Shown piece by piece: positions 9,132 through 18,334 of a DNA stretch of 64,000 bases (within the stretch, counting starts at the first letter, position 1; the number at the start of each line of letters is the position of its first letter). The position numbers and the translations under genes were made by a program. The notes under the pieces are model-generated. The model was not told where the DNA came from, made no database searches, and saw nothing but the letters and a program-made list of their open reading frames with translations. Location of the stretch: NCBI GenBank assembly GCA_963837955.1, contig CAWIPH010000001.1:64001-128000 (forward strand), written 5' to 3'. The DNA comes from an uncultured Verrucomicrobiae bacterium (lineage in GTDB: Bacteria; Verrucomicrobiota; Verrucomicrobiia; Chthoniobacterales; JAFAMB01).

Positions 9132-9445
9132 GGGAACGCAACGGAACGCCGGGAGCGCACGGGAACGCCGGGAGCGCCGGGAGCTGAGAAGGGAAACCTC
9201 ACGCAAAGACCCAAAGCAATACAGGTAACCGAAAACCGGATCCTGGATCGGTAACAGCTTGTCCGATATACGCCCGCGTTCCGCATCCTGTATTCTACCT
9301 CAGCGCTCTCGTCGGCGTTCCTGGCGTTCCCGGCGTTCCCGGCGTTCCCGGCGTTCCCGGCGTTCCCGGCGTTCCCGGCGTTCCCGGCGTTCCCGGCGTT
9401 CCCGGCGTTCCCGGCGCTACCGGCGCTACCGGCGCTACCGGCGTT
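9132..9445. repeat. 9-bp tandem repeat arrays in inverted arrangement: GGGAACGCC-like units, a spacer, then (CGGCGTTCC)x11 + (CGGCGCTAC)x3
   Basis: Degenerate forward units at 9132-9184 and about 14.8 complementary units at 9313-9445. Confidence 0.9.
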
Positions 9446-9530
9446 GTCTGAGTCGTCTGCTAAACGCTGGACGCAACCGCCGCGAACCGATATTCCTATC
9501 ACGCTTTTTCGTGTGTCCGCCTCGGCCAAA

Positions 9531-10073
9531 ATGAGCGCCAAACTGGAAATCCATCGCAAATTTTCGATCCTTGCCTGGGCTCGCAGCGCCCACATTTGGA
9601 TTGATAATCGGGAGGTTGTCGCCATCGCGAACGGGAAAATGGCCACTGTCGATGTCGCGCCGGGCAAGCACGTCATAGCTACCAAGCTGGGAATGACTTC
9701 GGGGCGGCCTTCGACTATCGAATTCGCAGAGGGACAAACGACCCGGTTAGCTTGCAGGATTAAGATGGGCCTTTCGAACACCGCATTTGTGCTCTATCGC
9801 GAAGATGGATCTCGGTTAGCGGGAGACGCCGGCCCGGCTGGACATCATGGACCAGTCGTTTTGATTTGTGGACTCCTGGGATTCGCGGTCGGGATTATCG
9901 GACTCGCAGCAGTGATTCAGGGGATGATTGACCTGGTCAAAATGTCGAAGGGCGAGATGGATCCTTCCGGTCGGGTCCTCACGATTGTTGGCGTGATCGT
10001 TGGAGGGTTAGGATTCTTCCTCAATCTGGCTGTGATCATCGCGATGTTCGTTTTTCACTATTCGCCTTTGTAG
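9531..10073 (+). CDS. Hypothetical membrane protein (N-terminal beta domain plus DUF4190-like TM hairpin)
   Basis: ATG at 9531; two TM helices separated by KMSKGEMDPSGRVLT. Confidence 0.7.
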   Translation: MSAKLEIHRKFSILAWARSAHIWIDNREVVAIANGKMATVDVAPGKHVIATKLGMTSGRPSTIEFAEGQTTRLACRIKMGLSNTAFVLYREDGSRLAGDAGPAGHHGPVVLICGLLGFAVGIIGLAAVIQGMIDLVKMSKGEMDPSGRVLTIVGVIVGGLGFFLNLAVIIAMFVFHYSPL

Positions 10074-10262
10074 CCTGACGCTCCAGCCTCAGGGAGTGTG
10101 TTGGTGATCGGTGATTAGTGATTAATTTAGTTAGTGATTGGTGAGAAGGCGGTGAGAGATTTCCGCCGAGGGTTCGCCGATAGGCATCCACCATTCACCA
10201 ATCACTTCTCACCTCTCACAATCACTGTGCCACGGGTTCCTGAGCCTGGAGGATCAGGCTAC
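10070..10262. repeat. REP doublet/MITE-like element, family B (GTAGCCTGA...TCAGGCTAC) with an internal heptamer-repeat core
   Basis: Terminal inverted arms GTAGCCTGACGCTCCAGCCTCAGGGA / TCCTGAGCCTGGAGGATCAGGCTAC; the core is shared with 30688-30952. Confidence 0.8.
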
Positions 10263-10273
10263 TATCGCCCTGG

Positions 10274-11719
10274 CTAACTGCTCATCGTTTCAGCGGTCGC
10301 CAGCTCTCCGGGTTGTTCCCCCTGGATATAGGTTCTGCCACGATAGTGACGCGCAACAAAGATAAACAAAACCGCGGTGATCAACATGAACAGAGTAAAG
10401 AACGCGTAGTGATTTGCTCCCTCCAAGTTGATCCCAATACTCTTGAGATTCGGCTTATTAAAGTCGATGGCCGAGGTGATCTGATTTCCGACGCTCACGG
10501 CAAAGAGCCACAGCGCCATTACGGCACTCTTCATCTTGGTCGGAGCTTGGGTGTAGGAGAACTCAAGCCCGGTAATTGATACCATCACTTCTCCGGCGGT
10601 GAGTAAGACATAGGCGGGTAACTGCCAGAGAATATTCGGTTTGGCTCCGCCGTCGACTTGCAGTTGGATCCACCAAAGGACGATGAACGATAGCGCAGTG
10701 AGGAATAGGCCGATGCCGATTTTGCGGAGGGGCGTAAGTGGGAAAACGCGATCAATCAACGGATAGAGGCCGTAGTTGAATATCGGCACCAGGATTAGGA
10801 TCAGGATCGGATTCATTATCTGCACCTGTTCCGGAAGCACATGAAAGCCGAACACATTGAGATCCAACTTGGTCGCCTGCAATGTCCATTCTCCGCCCGA
10901 ACTTTGATCCCATAGTGCCCAAAAAATCGCGACAAAACCGTAGACCAACGCGAGGCGGAACAGGACAGACAAACCCTCTTTGCTAAAGAACTCGCGCACA
11001 AATCCAAAACCGCCGCGCGGAATATGTACAAACTTTTTTCGACCCAACCAAAATACGATCGCCGCAACGAGCATGAGTACGCCCGGCAGAGCGAAGGCGT
11101 AATGCGGTCCAAATTTTGGATTGTTTAAGAGGATCGGGCAGAGCCAGGTCGAAAATGTAGAGCCGAGGTTAATCGACAGATAGAACCAGCCGAACACCTT
11201 GGACATTAGATGCTTGTTTGCCTCGCCGAATTGATCACCGACGTTTGCGGAAACGCATGGCTTAATGCCACCTGCTCCGATCGCAATCAAACTCAGACCC
11301 AGGAAGAGACCGAGCCGAGTGTCATTCAAAGCAAGCGATAAATGTCCAAGACAGTAGACGATCGAGAGGTAGAAGATCGTCCGATATTTGCCAATCAGAC
11401 CGTCGGATAGGAGCGCACCAAAAACCGGCATCCAGTAAACCGCAGAAACAAATTGGTGGAACCAGCCGGCAGCCTCGTCCTCGCCCATGACCGCTCGCTG
11501 GCCGGCAGCATTCATGAGGTAGGTTGTCATGAATACGGCCAGAATGGCCCTCATCCCGTAAAAACTGAATCGCTCCGCGGCCTCGTTCCCGATGATGTAG
11601 GGAACTCCTACCGGCACTTTCGGATCAGTCTGATCGGGCACCGTCCGGTACTTAGGCTGCTTGGCCGGACGCGTAGCAGAGTTGCTCGAACCGGGGGGTC
11701 GCCCCGCTATTTGCGACAT
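10274..11719 (-). CDS. POT/PTR-family proton-dependent oligopeptide transporter
   Basis: NEAAERFSFYG, GGIKPCVSANVGDQF and FYLSINLG motifs. Confidence 0.95.
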   Translation of the reverse strand: MSQIAGRPPGSSNSATRPAKQPKYRTVPDQTDPKVPVGVPYIIGNEAAERFSFYGMRAILAVFMTTYLMNAAGQRAVMGEDEAAGWFHQFVSAVYWMPVFGALLSDGLIGKYRTIFYLSIVYCLGHLSLALNDTRLGLFLGLSLIAIGAGGIKPCVSANVGDQFGEANKHLMSKVFGWFYLSINLGSTFSTWLCPILLNNPKFGPHYAFALPGVLMLVAAIVFWLGRKKFVHIPRGGFGFVREFFSKEGLSVLFRLALVYGFVAIFWALWDQSSGGEWTLQATKLDLNVFGFHVLPEQVQIMNPILILILVPIFNYGLYPLIDRVFPLTPLRKIGIGLFLTALSFIVLWWIQLQVDGGAKPNILWQLPAYVLLTAGEVMVSITGLEFSYTQAPTKMKSAVMALWLFAVSVGNQITSAIDFNKPNLKSIGINLEGANHYAFFTLFMLITAVLFIFVARHYRGRTYIQGEQPGELATAETMSS

Positions 11720-11819
11720 AAATTCACCATGTTCAGCGTTTACTAAGAAATTGCAACGCAGGAGTCTTGTTCGTCGCCCGCAAAATCAATTAACATCACT
11801 TCGCTACCTCCGGTTCCCT

Positions 11820-12434
11820 ATGTTGCACCTGATCAATCATCCGCTTTGTTCGCACATTGTCACTCATTTGCGTGACCGCACGACTAAGCCGGTCACTTTT
11901 CGAACCTTGACCTACCAGATTAGCATCTTGTTAGCCATCGAGGCTACGCGCGACTTAGCGACTAGGCGCTCCACGATCGAAACTCCATTGGAAACCCACG
12001 AAGGCACTGTTCTGGCTCAAGGGCTTGTTATTGTGCCGATCCTTCGAGCCGGTATCGGAATGGTCCAGCCGTTTACGGATCTTTTTCCGGACATTCAGGT
12101 CGGCTATGTCGGCCTTGAGCGCGACCACGAAACCGCAGTTGCCCGAAACTATTATAGCAAGTTGCCTTCGCTCGAGCAAAAAAGGGTTTTGCTTCTTGAC
12201 CCGATGTTGGCAACGGGAGGCTCGGCTGTACAAGCCATTCAGCTGTTGAAGGCCAATGGCGTGCAAAACTGTGCAGTCGCTTGTGTGGTAGCAGCTCCGG
12301 AAGGTGTACAAGCCGTAGAAGCGGTTGACCGAAATATCACTATTTATGCCGCGGCCCTGGACCGCGAGCTCAACGAAAAGAAGTATATACTGCCAGGCCT
12401 GGGAGACTTCGGCGATCGCCTCTACGGGACGTAG
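11820..12434 (+). CDS. upp: Uracil phosphoribosyltransferase
   Basis: PILRAG, LLDPMLATGGS and YILPGLGDFGDRLYGT motifs. Start at MLHLINHP. Confidence 0.97.
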   Translation: MLHLINHPLCSHIVTHLRDRTTKPVTFRTLTYQISILLAIEATRDLATRRSTIETPLETHEGTVLAQGLVIVPILRAGIGMVQPFTDLFPDIQVGYVGLERDHETAVARNYYSKLPSLEQKRVLLLDPMLATGGSAVQAIQLLKANGVQNCAVACVVAAPEGVQAVEAVDRNITIYAAALDRELNEKKYILPGLGDFGDRLYGT

Positions 12435-12541
12435 AGCCGGAATGCACAAGGGAAGCCCAATCCTCATGCGTTTTTGCGACTAACGCCGTGTGTAATTTCT
12501 CCACCGCAGAGTGGAGTTCACTGAGCGTACCGACTAAATGC

Positions 12542-12754
12542 CTATTTTTTGTGTCTCTTGAGGAGTTCGCTTAGTGATGACGCCTTTTCTCGCTTAAGTA
12601 AGTTTTCCAGCTTCATGTCACCGCGAACACCAGGGGCGAAATCTTGCCCGTAAGTCTTTCGCAGGTTGCGAACCAGCGTGTTGCCATGTTTTTTGTCAAT
12701 CTGGCCGCCCTTGTCACGACTCCGGCCATCCAGGCCTTTGGGATTCTTAGTCAT
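12542..12754 (-). CDS. Small basic conserved hypothetical protein (70 aa)
   Basis: GLDGRSRDKGGQIDKKHGNTLVRNLRKTYGQDFAPG resembles a small uncharacterised bacterial family, recalled from memory rather than searched. Confidence 0.7.
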   Translation of the reverse strand: MTKNPKGLDGRSRDKGGQIDKKHGNTLVRNLRKTYGQDFAPGVRGDMKLENLLKREKASSLSELLKRHKK

Positions 12755-12946
12755 GGCAAGCGATTGTACTCGCAAGCTACTACTTGGGTCGAGATTCTTC
12801 TTAGGCTCCATGGGAAATCCGTGCCATTTCTGGCTCGGTTGACTTTTCGTTATGATTCCAACTTCTAACTTGCAACCCGTTTAGGCTTGCCAACCTGTTT
12901 AAGTTCTTCGGATAGTCATGGAAAATCATCGTTTCTTTCACCTGCG

Positions 12947-14515
12947 ATGTCGGACGAGCCGGATAGTAGCGCGGTGCAGCGGTTACGCATCCTGCACATT
13001 GAGGACTCGGAGGCAGATTCATTGCTCGTACGGCAATTACTGATTCGAGAGGGCTTTGATTGCCAAATCGATCGGGTTGAGACGCGCGAACAGCTGGAAG
13101 AAGCGCTTCGCGACACCTCATTTGATTTGATATTGGCTGACTGCAAGCTACCGCGGTTCAGCGGTCTGGAAGCATTGGCCCTGGCCCGCTCTTTGTACCC
13201 GAATCTTCCGTTCGTGTTTGTTTCTGGCACAATCGGCGATGAGGCGGCCATTGAATCTTTGCGGAGTGGCGCCACCGACTATGTTTTGAAAGACCGGCTT
13301 TCCCGCTTAGTCCCAGCGGTCATCCGTGCCCTCACTGACGCGAAGAATCGCGCCAGTTTTGAGCGGATGGAAAAGCGCTTGAGCGAGGCGCAGCGCCTCG
13401 AGGCTATCGGCACACTGGCCGGCGGAGTCGCACACGATTTCAACAATTTGCTGACGATTATCTCTGCTAACGCCAGTTTGTTGCGACGAGCCAACGATCA
13501 GCCGGCCAAAATCCTGTCGGTGGCTGAAACGATCGATCGGGCGGTTCAACGTGGATCCGAACTGGTTCGGGGACTGCTCGTATTCGCTCACCAGGGAGAG
13601 ACGAGTTTGGGTCTGATAGACATCGCCAACCAAGTGCAGGACACAATTGGAATGCTGCACGCGACCTTCCCGGAGAATATCTCCATCATTCAAGATTTCC
13701 CGCGAGATTTGCCGCAAATATTGGCAGATCCAGCCCAGATAGATCGTGTTTTCATAAATCTCCTGACAAATGCACGCGACGCGATGCCGAATGGCGGTAC
13801 CATTACTGTCAAAATAAGCGCTGTTCTCGCTGGACCGTTCCCCGACCAACCAAGAGAAGTAGCTAAAGAGTACCTCAGAGTTGAGGTCATCGATACCGGC
13901 ATTGGAATGGAGGAATCGGTGAGGCAGCATATTTTCGAGCCTTTTTTTACGACCAAGGCGCCTGGCAAAGGTACTGGCTTGGGTCTCCCGGTAGTTTATG
14001 GACTGATGCAGAGCCATCAAGGATTTGTGGATGTGAAATCTCAGCCCGATTTGGGGACAACTTTTACTCTTTTCTTCCCGGTTCCTTCACCGGGTGAGCG
14101 AGCGATAATCGAAGAGAGCGAGTCGCTGCCAATCCATTCCAGCGGTTCGGAAACGATCCTCGTCATTGAAGATGAATCCGATGTCGGCAAGTTTCTGGAA
14201 ACCCTCTTTGCTTTGAGCGGTTATACGGTGTTGCTGGCCAAAGATAGTCAGACAGCGCTCGAACTCTTTTCCGTACGCCGAGAAGAAATCCAGCTTGTGT
14301 TCTCGGATGTCGACTTGACCAAGGCTGACGGCTTCGCTCTGTGTACCCGCTTGAAAGAGCTGAAGCCGAGCTTAAAGGTCATTCTGACCAGCGGGCATAT
14401 TGATCGATCAATTGAAGAGCGTCGGAAGCAGTACGGAATTGATGCTTTTGTGCCAAAGCCGTATAACCCCCAAGAGGTAGTGCGCAGGGTGAGAGCCGCT
14501 CTCGATCGAATCTAG
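12947..14515 (+). CDS. Hybrid sensor histidine kinase/response regulator (REC-HisKA-HATPase-REC)
   Basis: N-terminal REC domain, [13 protein letters not shown]-box, [14 protein letters not shown] and GTGLGL boxes, and a C-terminal REC domain. Confidence 0.95.
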   Translation: MSDEPDSSAVQRLRILHIEDSEADSLLVRQLLIREGFDCQIDRVETREQLEEALRDTSFDLILADCKLPRFSGLEALALARSLYPNLPFVFVSGTIGDEAAIESLRSGATDYVLKDRLSRLVPAVIRALTDAKNRASFERMEKRLSEAQRLEAIGTLAGGVAHDFNNLLTIISANASLLRRANDQPAKILSVAETIDRAVQRGSELVRGLLVFAHQGETSLGLIDIANQVQDTIGMLHATFPENISIIQDFPRDLPQILADPAQIDRVFINLLTNARDAMPNGGTITVKISAVLAGPFPDQPREVAKEYLRVEVIDTGIGMEESVRQHIFEPFFTTKAPGKGTGLGLPVVYGLMQSHQGFVDVKSQPDLGTTFTLFFPVPSPGERAIIEESESLPIHSSGSETILVIEDESDVGKFLETLFALSGYTVLLAKDSQTALELFSVRREEIQLVFSDVDLTKADGFALCTRLKELKPSLKVILTSGHIDRSIEERRKQYGIDAFVPKPYNPQEVVRRVRAALDRI

Positions 14516-14618
14516 TCAACGGGAAAACGTTGCAGGCTGCCGGCAAGATCTTTGGGAATGTTTCCGCGTCAGCAGCTACCTATTGCTGGATCCCGGATTA
14601 TGCTCTACCACGCCCGTC

Positions 14619-15218
14619 TCACCGCTTCCGAAGCAAACGAACTATCTCTCGACCTTCTCGTCCTGCATATGAGGTCGTCGGTTGCTCTTCCTGCAAAAGC
14701 TGAAATTGTGGCAAGAAAAGGTGATTCAATTCTTCAAGTGAAACACCGAAAGGAGGACCACCCTCCGGAGGCGCCTCACCCGGATCCCAAGGATCGAGAT
14801 AGAAAATGCCAAGGATCTGACCTGACCCGCGAAGGGCGGTAGTTAGTGCGCCAACGTAATCGGCCCGTTGCTCAGGCAAGATCGCGCAGAAACAAGTGTG
14901 CTCAAACACCCAATCGAATCGGCCAGTTAAATCCGGTGGCAAGCGAAACAGATCTCCGCAGATATAACTCTCCTTCCCGGACTGCGGGTACAGTTTGGCT
15001 CGGGCCAGAGCTTCCGGTGCGAGATCGAGCCCGATGACTCGAGCGTCCTTCGAAGCTCGCGCAATTGCCCGAACATCGTGGCCCAACCCGCATCCAGGAA
15101 CCAAAATTTCACCGGTCGGCGGACCATATCGTGCGATCCAGGAAAGGAGCGGCGGTGCTGCCGCTCCTTTCTCCCATGGCGTGTCGCCCACTCTGTAACG
15201 TTCGTTCCAATCCGTCAC
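14619..15218 (-). CDS. Thiopurine S-methyltransferase-like SAM methyltransferase
   Basis: W.ERY..GDTPW, LVPGCGLGHD, EHTCFCAI and GPPFG motifs. Confidence 0.9.
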   Translation of the reverse strand: MTDWNERYRVGDTPWEKGAAAPPLLSWIARYGPPTGEILVPGCGLGHDVRAIARASKDARVIGLDLAPEALARAKLYPQSGKESYICGDLFRLPPDLTGRFDWVFEHTCFCAILPEQRADYVGALTTALRGSGQILGIFYLDPWDPGEAPPEGGPPFGVSLEELNHLFLPQFQLLQEEQPTTSYAGREGREIVRLLRKR

Positions 15219-15263
15219 GGTTGCAGGTTACACGTTAAAGATTGGAATTTCATCGTTTCACCG

Positions 15264-16275
15264 TTACGCCGTCTTCGCTTCTCGGCTTGGTGGCGCCATG
15301 AACTCCGGCCCGACCGGATCAGTGATTGTCTCCTGCAAGATCCGGTCGACCTCCGCATAATCTTCCGCGTCCAACTTCCAGCCGAACGCCTCATCGACTC
15401 CAGCTAGTTGCTCGGTAGATCTCGCTCCCCAGAGCGCAGTCATCGTGTCACCCCGATCTAAGATCCAGCGTATGGCAAAGGCAAGAATGCTCCGTCCGTG
15501 CCGTTTCTTGGCGTGATTGGCAATGCGATCGACAGCGGCAAGATATTGCTGGAGTCGCGGTGGTTGAAACTTGGGATCCCAACTCCTTAGATCGTCTTTA
15601 GGAAACTTCCGGTCCGCGGTCACTTTCCCCGAAAGCAATCCTCGGCAGATAGCTCCGTAGGATAGCACGATCAACCTATGCTCGAGGGAGTACGGCAGAA
15701 CATCTTTTTCAATTTCTCTCTCGAAAACGTTGTAGGGAGGTTGGGTCGTATGCAACGGGGCCACACTACGCCAACGGTCCATCTGCTCGGGAGAAAAATT
15801 ACTGCCGCCGAGCGCTAAGATTTTGCCCTGCTTTTGCAGACCAAGCAATGCTTCGGCAGTCTCTTCGATCGGGACGAGCGGATCCGGCCAATGGACCTGG
15901 TAAATATCGATGCGATCAGTCTGCAATCTACGAAGCGAATCCTCGATCTCTTTTTGAATCCGAGCAGGAGTAGAATTGCGGAACACTTTGCCATCTTCCG
16001 TCCACTCAAGCCCGACTTTCGTGGCAAGAACCAGCTCGGTCTCTCCTGCCTCCTTCGGCCAGGGCTTTGCCGACGATTTCCTCGGATCTCCCAAAGCCAT
16101 ACACCGCCGCCGTATCAATCAAGTTGATACCTTGATCGACTGCCCGCTGAATGGTTGCGATACATTCGGCTTCCTCGGAGCCTCCCCATAACCAGCCACC
16201 GATCGCCCACGTACCCAGACCGATCCGGGAAAGCGGCGTCGGGATGTTTTCACAACGAATCGTTTCTGTAGCCAT
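15264..16275 (-). pseudogene. Aldo/keto reductase split by a single-base frameshift at about 16031-16035
   Basis: The N-terminal part (GLGTWAIGG, IDTAAVYGFGRSE) is in one frame and the C-terminal part (LATKVG, SLRRLQTDRIDIYQVHWPD) in another. One extra base lies in ...GAC CGA GCTG GTT CTT GCC... Confidence 0.8.
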
Positions 16276-16354
16276 GAATTGGACTACTCGATTTTTACAG
16301 AGAGTCCAGAGCGCCTTCGGGGAATAACGCCGGCAAGCAGTGCGGATCGCATCT

Positions 16355-16661
16355 GGGACCATATGGGACTCATAAGTCCCATGCGACCCATGAGTCTTAT
16401 GGGAACGCCGAGAGCGCCGGGAACGCCGGGAACGCCGAGAGCGCCGGGAACGCCGGGAACGCCGAGAGCGCCGGGAACGCCGAGAACGCCGGGAACGCCA
16501 GGAACGCCGAGAACGCTAAGCGCCAAACGGTGAGAGGTGATTGGTGAGAAGTAAAATAAGCAAACCTGAGTTGCTTGGTGAAGGAAGACACAAGCAAACG
16601 CACTTTTGCAGGCTGTTATTCCGTTTCCGGCGTTCTCGGCGATTCCGGCGTTCTCGGCGTT
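16355..16661. repeat. Compound 9-bp tandem repeats: ATGGGACTC-like units, a GGGAACGCC/GAGAGCGCC array (16401-16517) and complementary units (16626-16661)
   Basis: Periodic 9-mers are directly visible; the unit family is the same as at 9132-9445. Confidence 0.85.
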
Positions 16662-16665
16662 TAAT

Positions 16666-18207
16666 TCACTTAGCGGTCGGCATCACGAATTCCGGAGTGG
16701 ACACAAGGTCCTCTGGCCAACGGCTCGTAACGGCTTTGAGACGTGTGTAAAAGCGAACGCCTTCCGGCCCATGGATGTGATGATCGCCAAACAACGATCG
16801 CTTCCAGCCACCAAAGGAGTGAAAAGCCATCGGCACCGGGATTGGCACGTTTATCCCAACCATCCCGATCTGCACCTGTTGAGTGAAAAGTCGGGCCGCA
16901 GCCCCGTTGCGGGTGAAGATCGCCACACCATTCCCATATTCATGTTTGTTAACTAGCTCGATCGCTTCTCCGAGAGTTTGTGTCCGGACCACGGCGAGAA
17001 CCGGACCGAATATTTCTTCGCGATAGATTCGCATGGAAGGGCGAACACAATCGAAAAGAGAGCCTCCCAGGAAAAATCCTTCTTTTGGAAAGCTGGCCTC
17101 TCGACCATCAACGATCAATTCGGCTCCTTCCTTTATTCCAAGTTCGAGGTATGACCTAACGCGTTGTAAATGACTTTGGGTCACCAGGGGTCCCATCTCG
17201 GAACTATTTGCAGTGCCCGGCCCGATCCGCAGCGATTGAATCTTCGGCCGCAGGCGATCGATCAATGCGTTGGCAACTTTTTCGCCGACCGGGACTGCAA
17301 CTGAGATCGCCATGCACCGCTCGCCCGCCGACCCAAAGGCCGCCCCAATGAGGGCATCGACGGCCTGATCTAGATCGGCATCCGGGAGAACAACCAAATG
17401 ATTCTTGGCACCTCCAAGCGCTTGCACCCTTTTGCCGCGTTCGGTTGCCTGTCGATAGATCGATTCGGCAACGGGCGTGGAACCGACAAAACTTACTGCG
17501 GAAACATCCGCGTGACGAATAAGGTGGTTCACGACCTCCGCGTCGCCATGAACGACATTAAAGACTCCGTCAGGCAGGCCTGCCTCCTTGAGCAGCTCTC
17601 CGAGATGCACCGCCGTACTTGGGTCCCGTTCGCTGGGCTTTAGAACAAAGGTATTGCCGCAGGCCAAAGCAACCGGAAACATCCACATTGGGACCATGGC
17701 CGGAAAGTTAAATGGGGTAATCCCGACAACGATTCCCAAAGGTTGACGGAACGAAAAGGCATCTACACCTGTCCCAACCTGATCGGAATATTCTCCTTTA
17801 AGGAGTTGCGGAATACCGCAGGCGAACTCCACGACTTCGAGGCCGCGAATCAGTTCCCCAGTCGCATCCGGGATAGTCTTACCATGTTCTGCCGAAATGA
17901 TGCGAGCCAGGCGGCTCTGCTCGCGTTCAACTATTTCTTTGAATCGAAAAAGAATGCGGGCACGGCGCAGTGGCGCCGTGGCACTCCAAGATGGGAATTG
18001 TGCAGTCGCGGCACTGACCGCGGCATTTACCTCCTCTGGCGAAGCAAACGGAACAAATCGCGCGACTTGGCCGGTGGCTGGATTGTACACCGGCGCTTTT
18101 CGCTCGGCCCGACCGATAACCGCTTTACCGCCGATCCAATGCGGCACGACCGCGTCCGCTAGTGCCGGAATTTCGCTGGCCAGAAGGGGGGCAACTGAAT
18201 GGTTCAT
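16666..18207 (-). CDS. mmsA: CoA-acylating methylmalonate-semialdehyde dehydrogenase
   Basis: ITPFNFPAMVPMW, LKPSERDP, GGAKNH, GSAGERCMAIS and PVPMAFHSFGGWK motifs. Confidence 0.95.
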   Translation of the reverse strand: MNHSVAPLLASEIPALADAVVPHWIGGKAVIGRAERKAPVYNPATGQVARFVPFASPEEVNAAVSAATAQFPSWSATAPLRRARILFRFKEIVEREQSRLARIISAEHGKTIPDATGELIRGLEVVEFACGIPQLLKGEYSDQVGTGVDAFSFRQPLGIVVGITPFNFPAMVPMWMFPVALACGNTFVLKPSERDPSTAVHLGELLKEAGLPDGVFNVVHGDAEVVNHLIRHADVSAVSFVGSTPVAESIYRQATERGKRVQALGGAKNHLVVLPDADLDQAVDALIGAAFGSAGERCMAISVAVPVGEKVANALIDRLRPKIQSLRIGPGTANSSEMGPLVTQSHLQRVRSYLELGIKEGAELIVDGREASFPKEGFFLGGSLFDCVRPSMRIYREEIFGPVLAVVRTQTLGEAIELVNKHEYGNGVAIFTRNGAAARLFTQQVQIGMVGINVPIPVPMAFHSFGGWKRSLFGDHHIHGPEGVRFYTRLKAVTSRWPEDLVSTPEFVMPTAK

Positions 18208-18334
18208 AACGAGCTGTAGGAGCTGACTACAATAAAGATTGTTTTATTGAACCTGGCAAAGTTGATTTCGTTGTCACTGGTTCCCGCGCCGTCGGGCTTC
18301 GGCGCGAATGCACGCGTTTTACTCCCGGCTTGAT

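Noticed and set aside
9313..9445. Possible CRISPR array
   Set aside because: These are contiguous 9-bp units with no unique spacers, and there are no cas genes in the window.
9053..9781. ORF with (NAG)n repeat and the opposite-strand (RRS)n ORF 9259-9534
   Set aside because: Open frames are a by-product of a stop-free 9-mer repeat; they overlap better-supported genes and show no protein-like flanks.
16279..16603. Collagen/elastin-like ORFs (PGT/GVP/AFP repeats)
   Set aside because: They are translations of the intergenic 9-mer array in several frames with no credible start.
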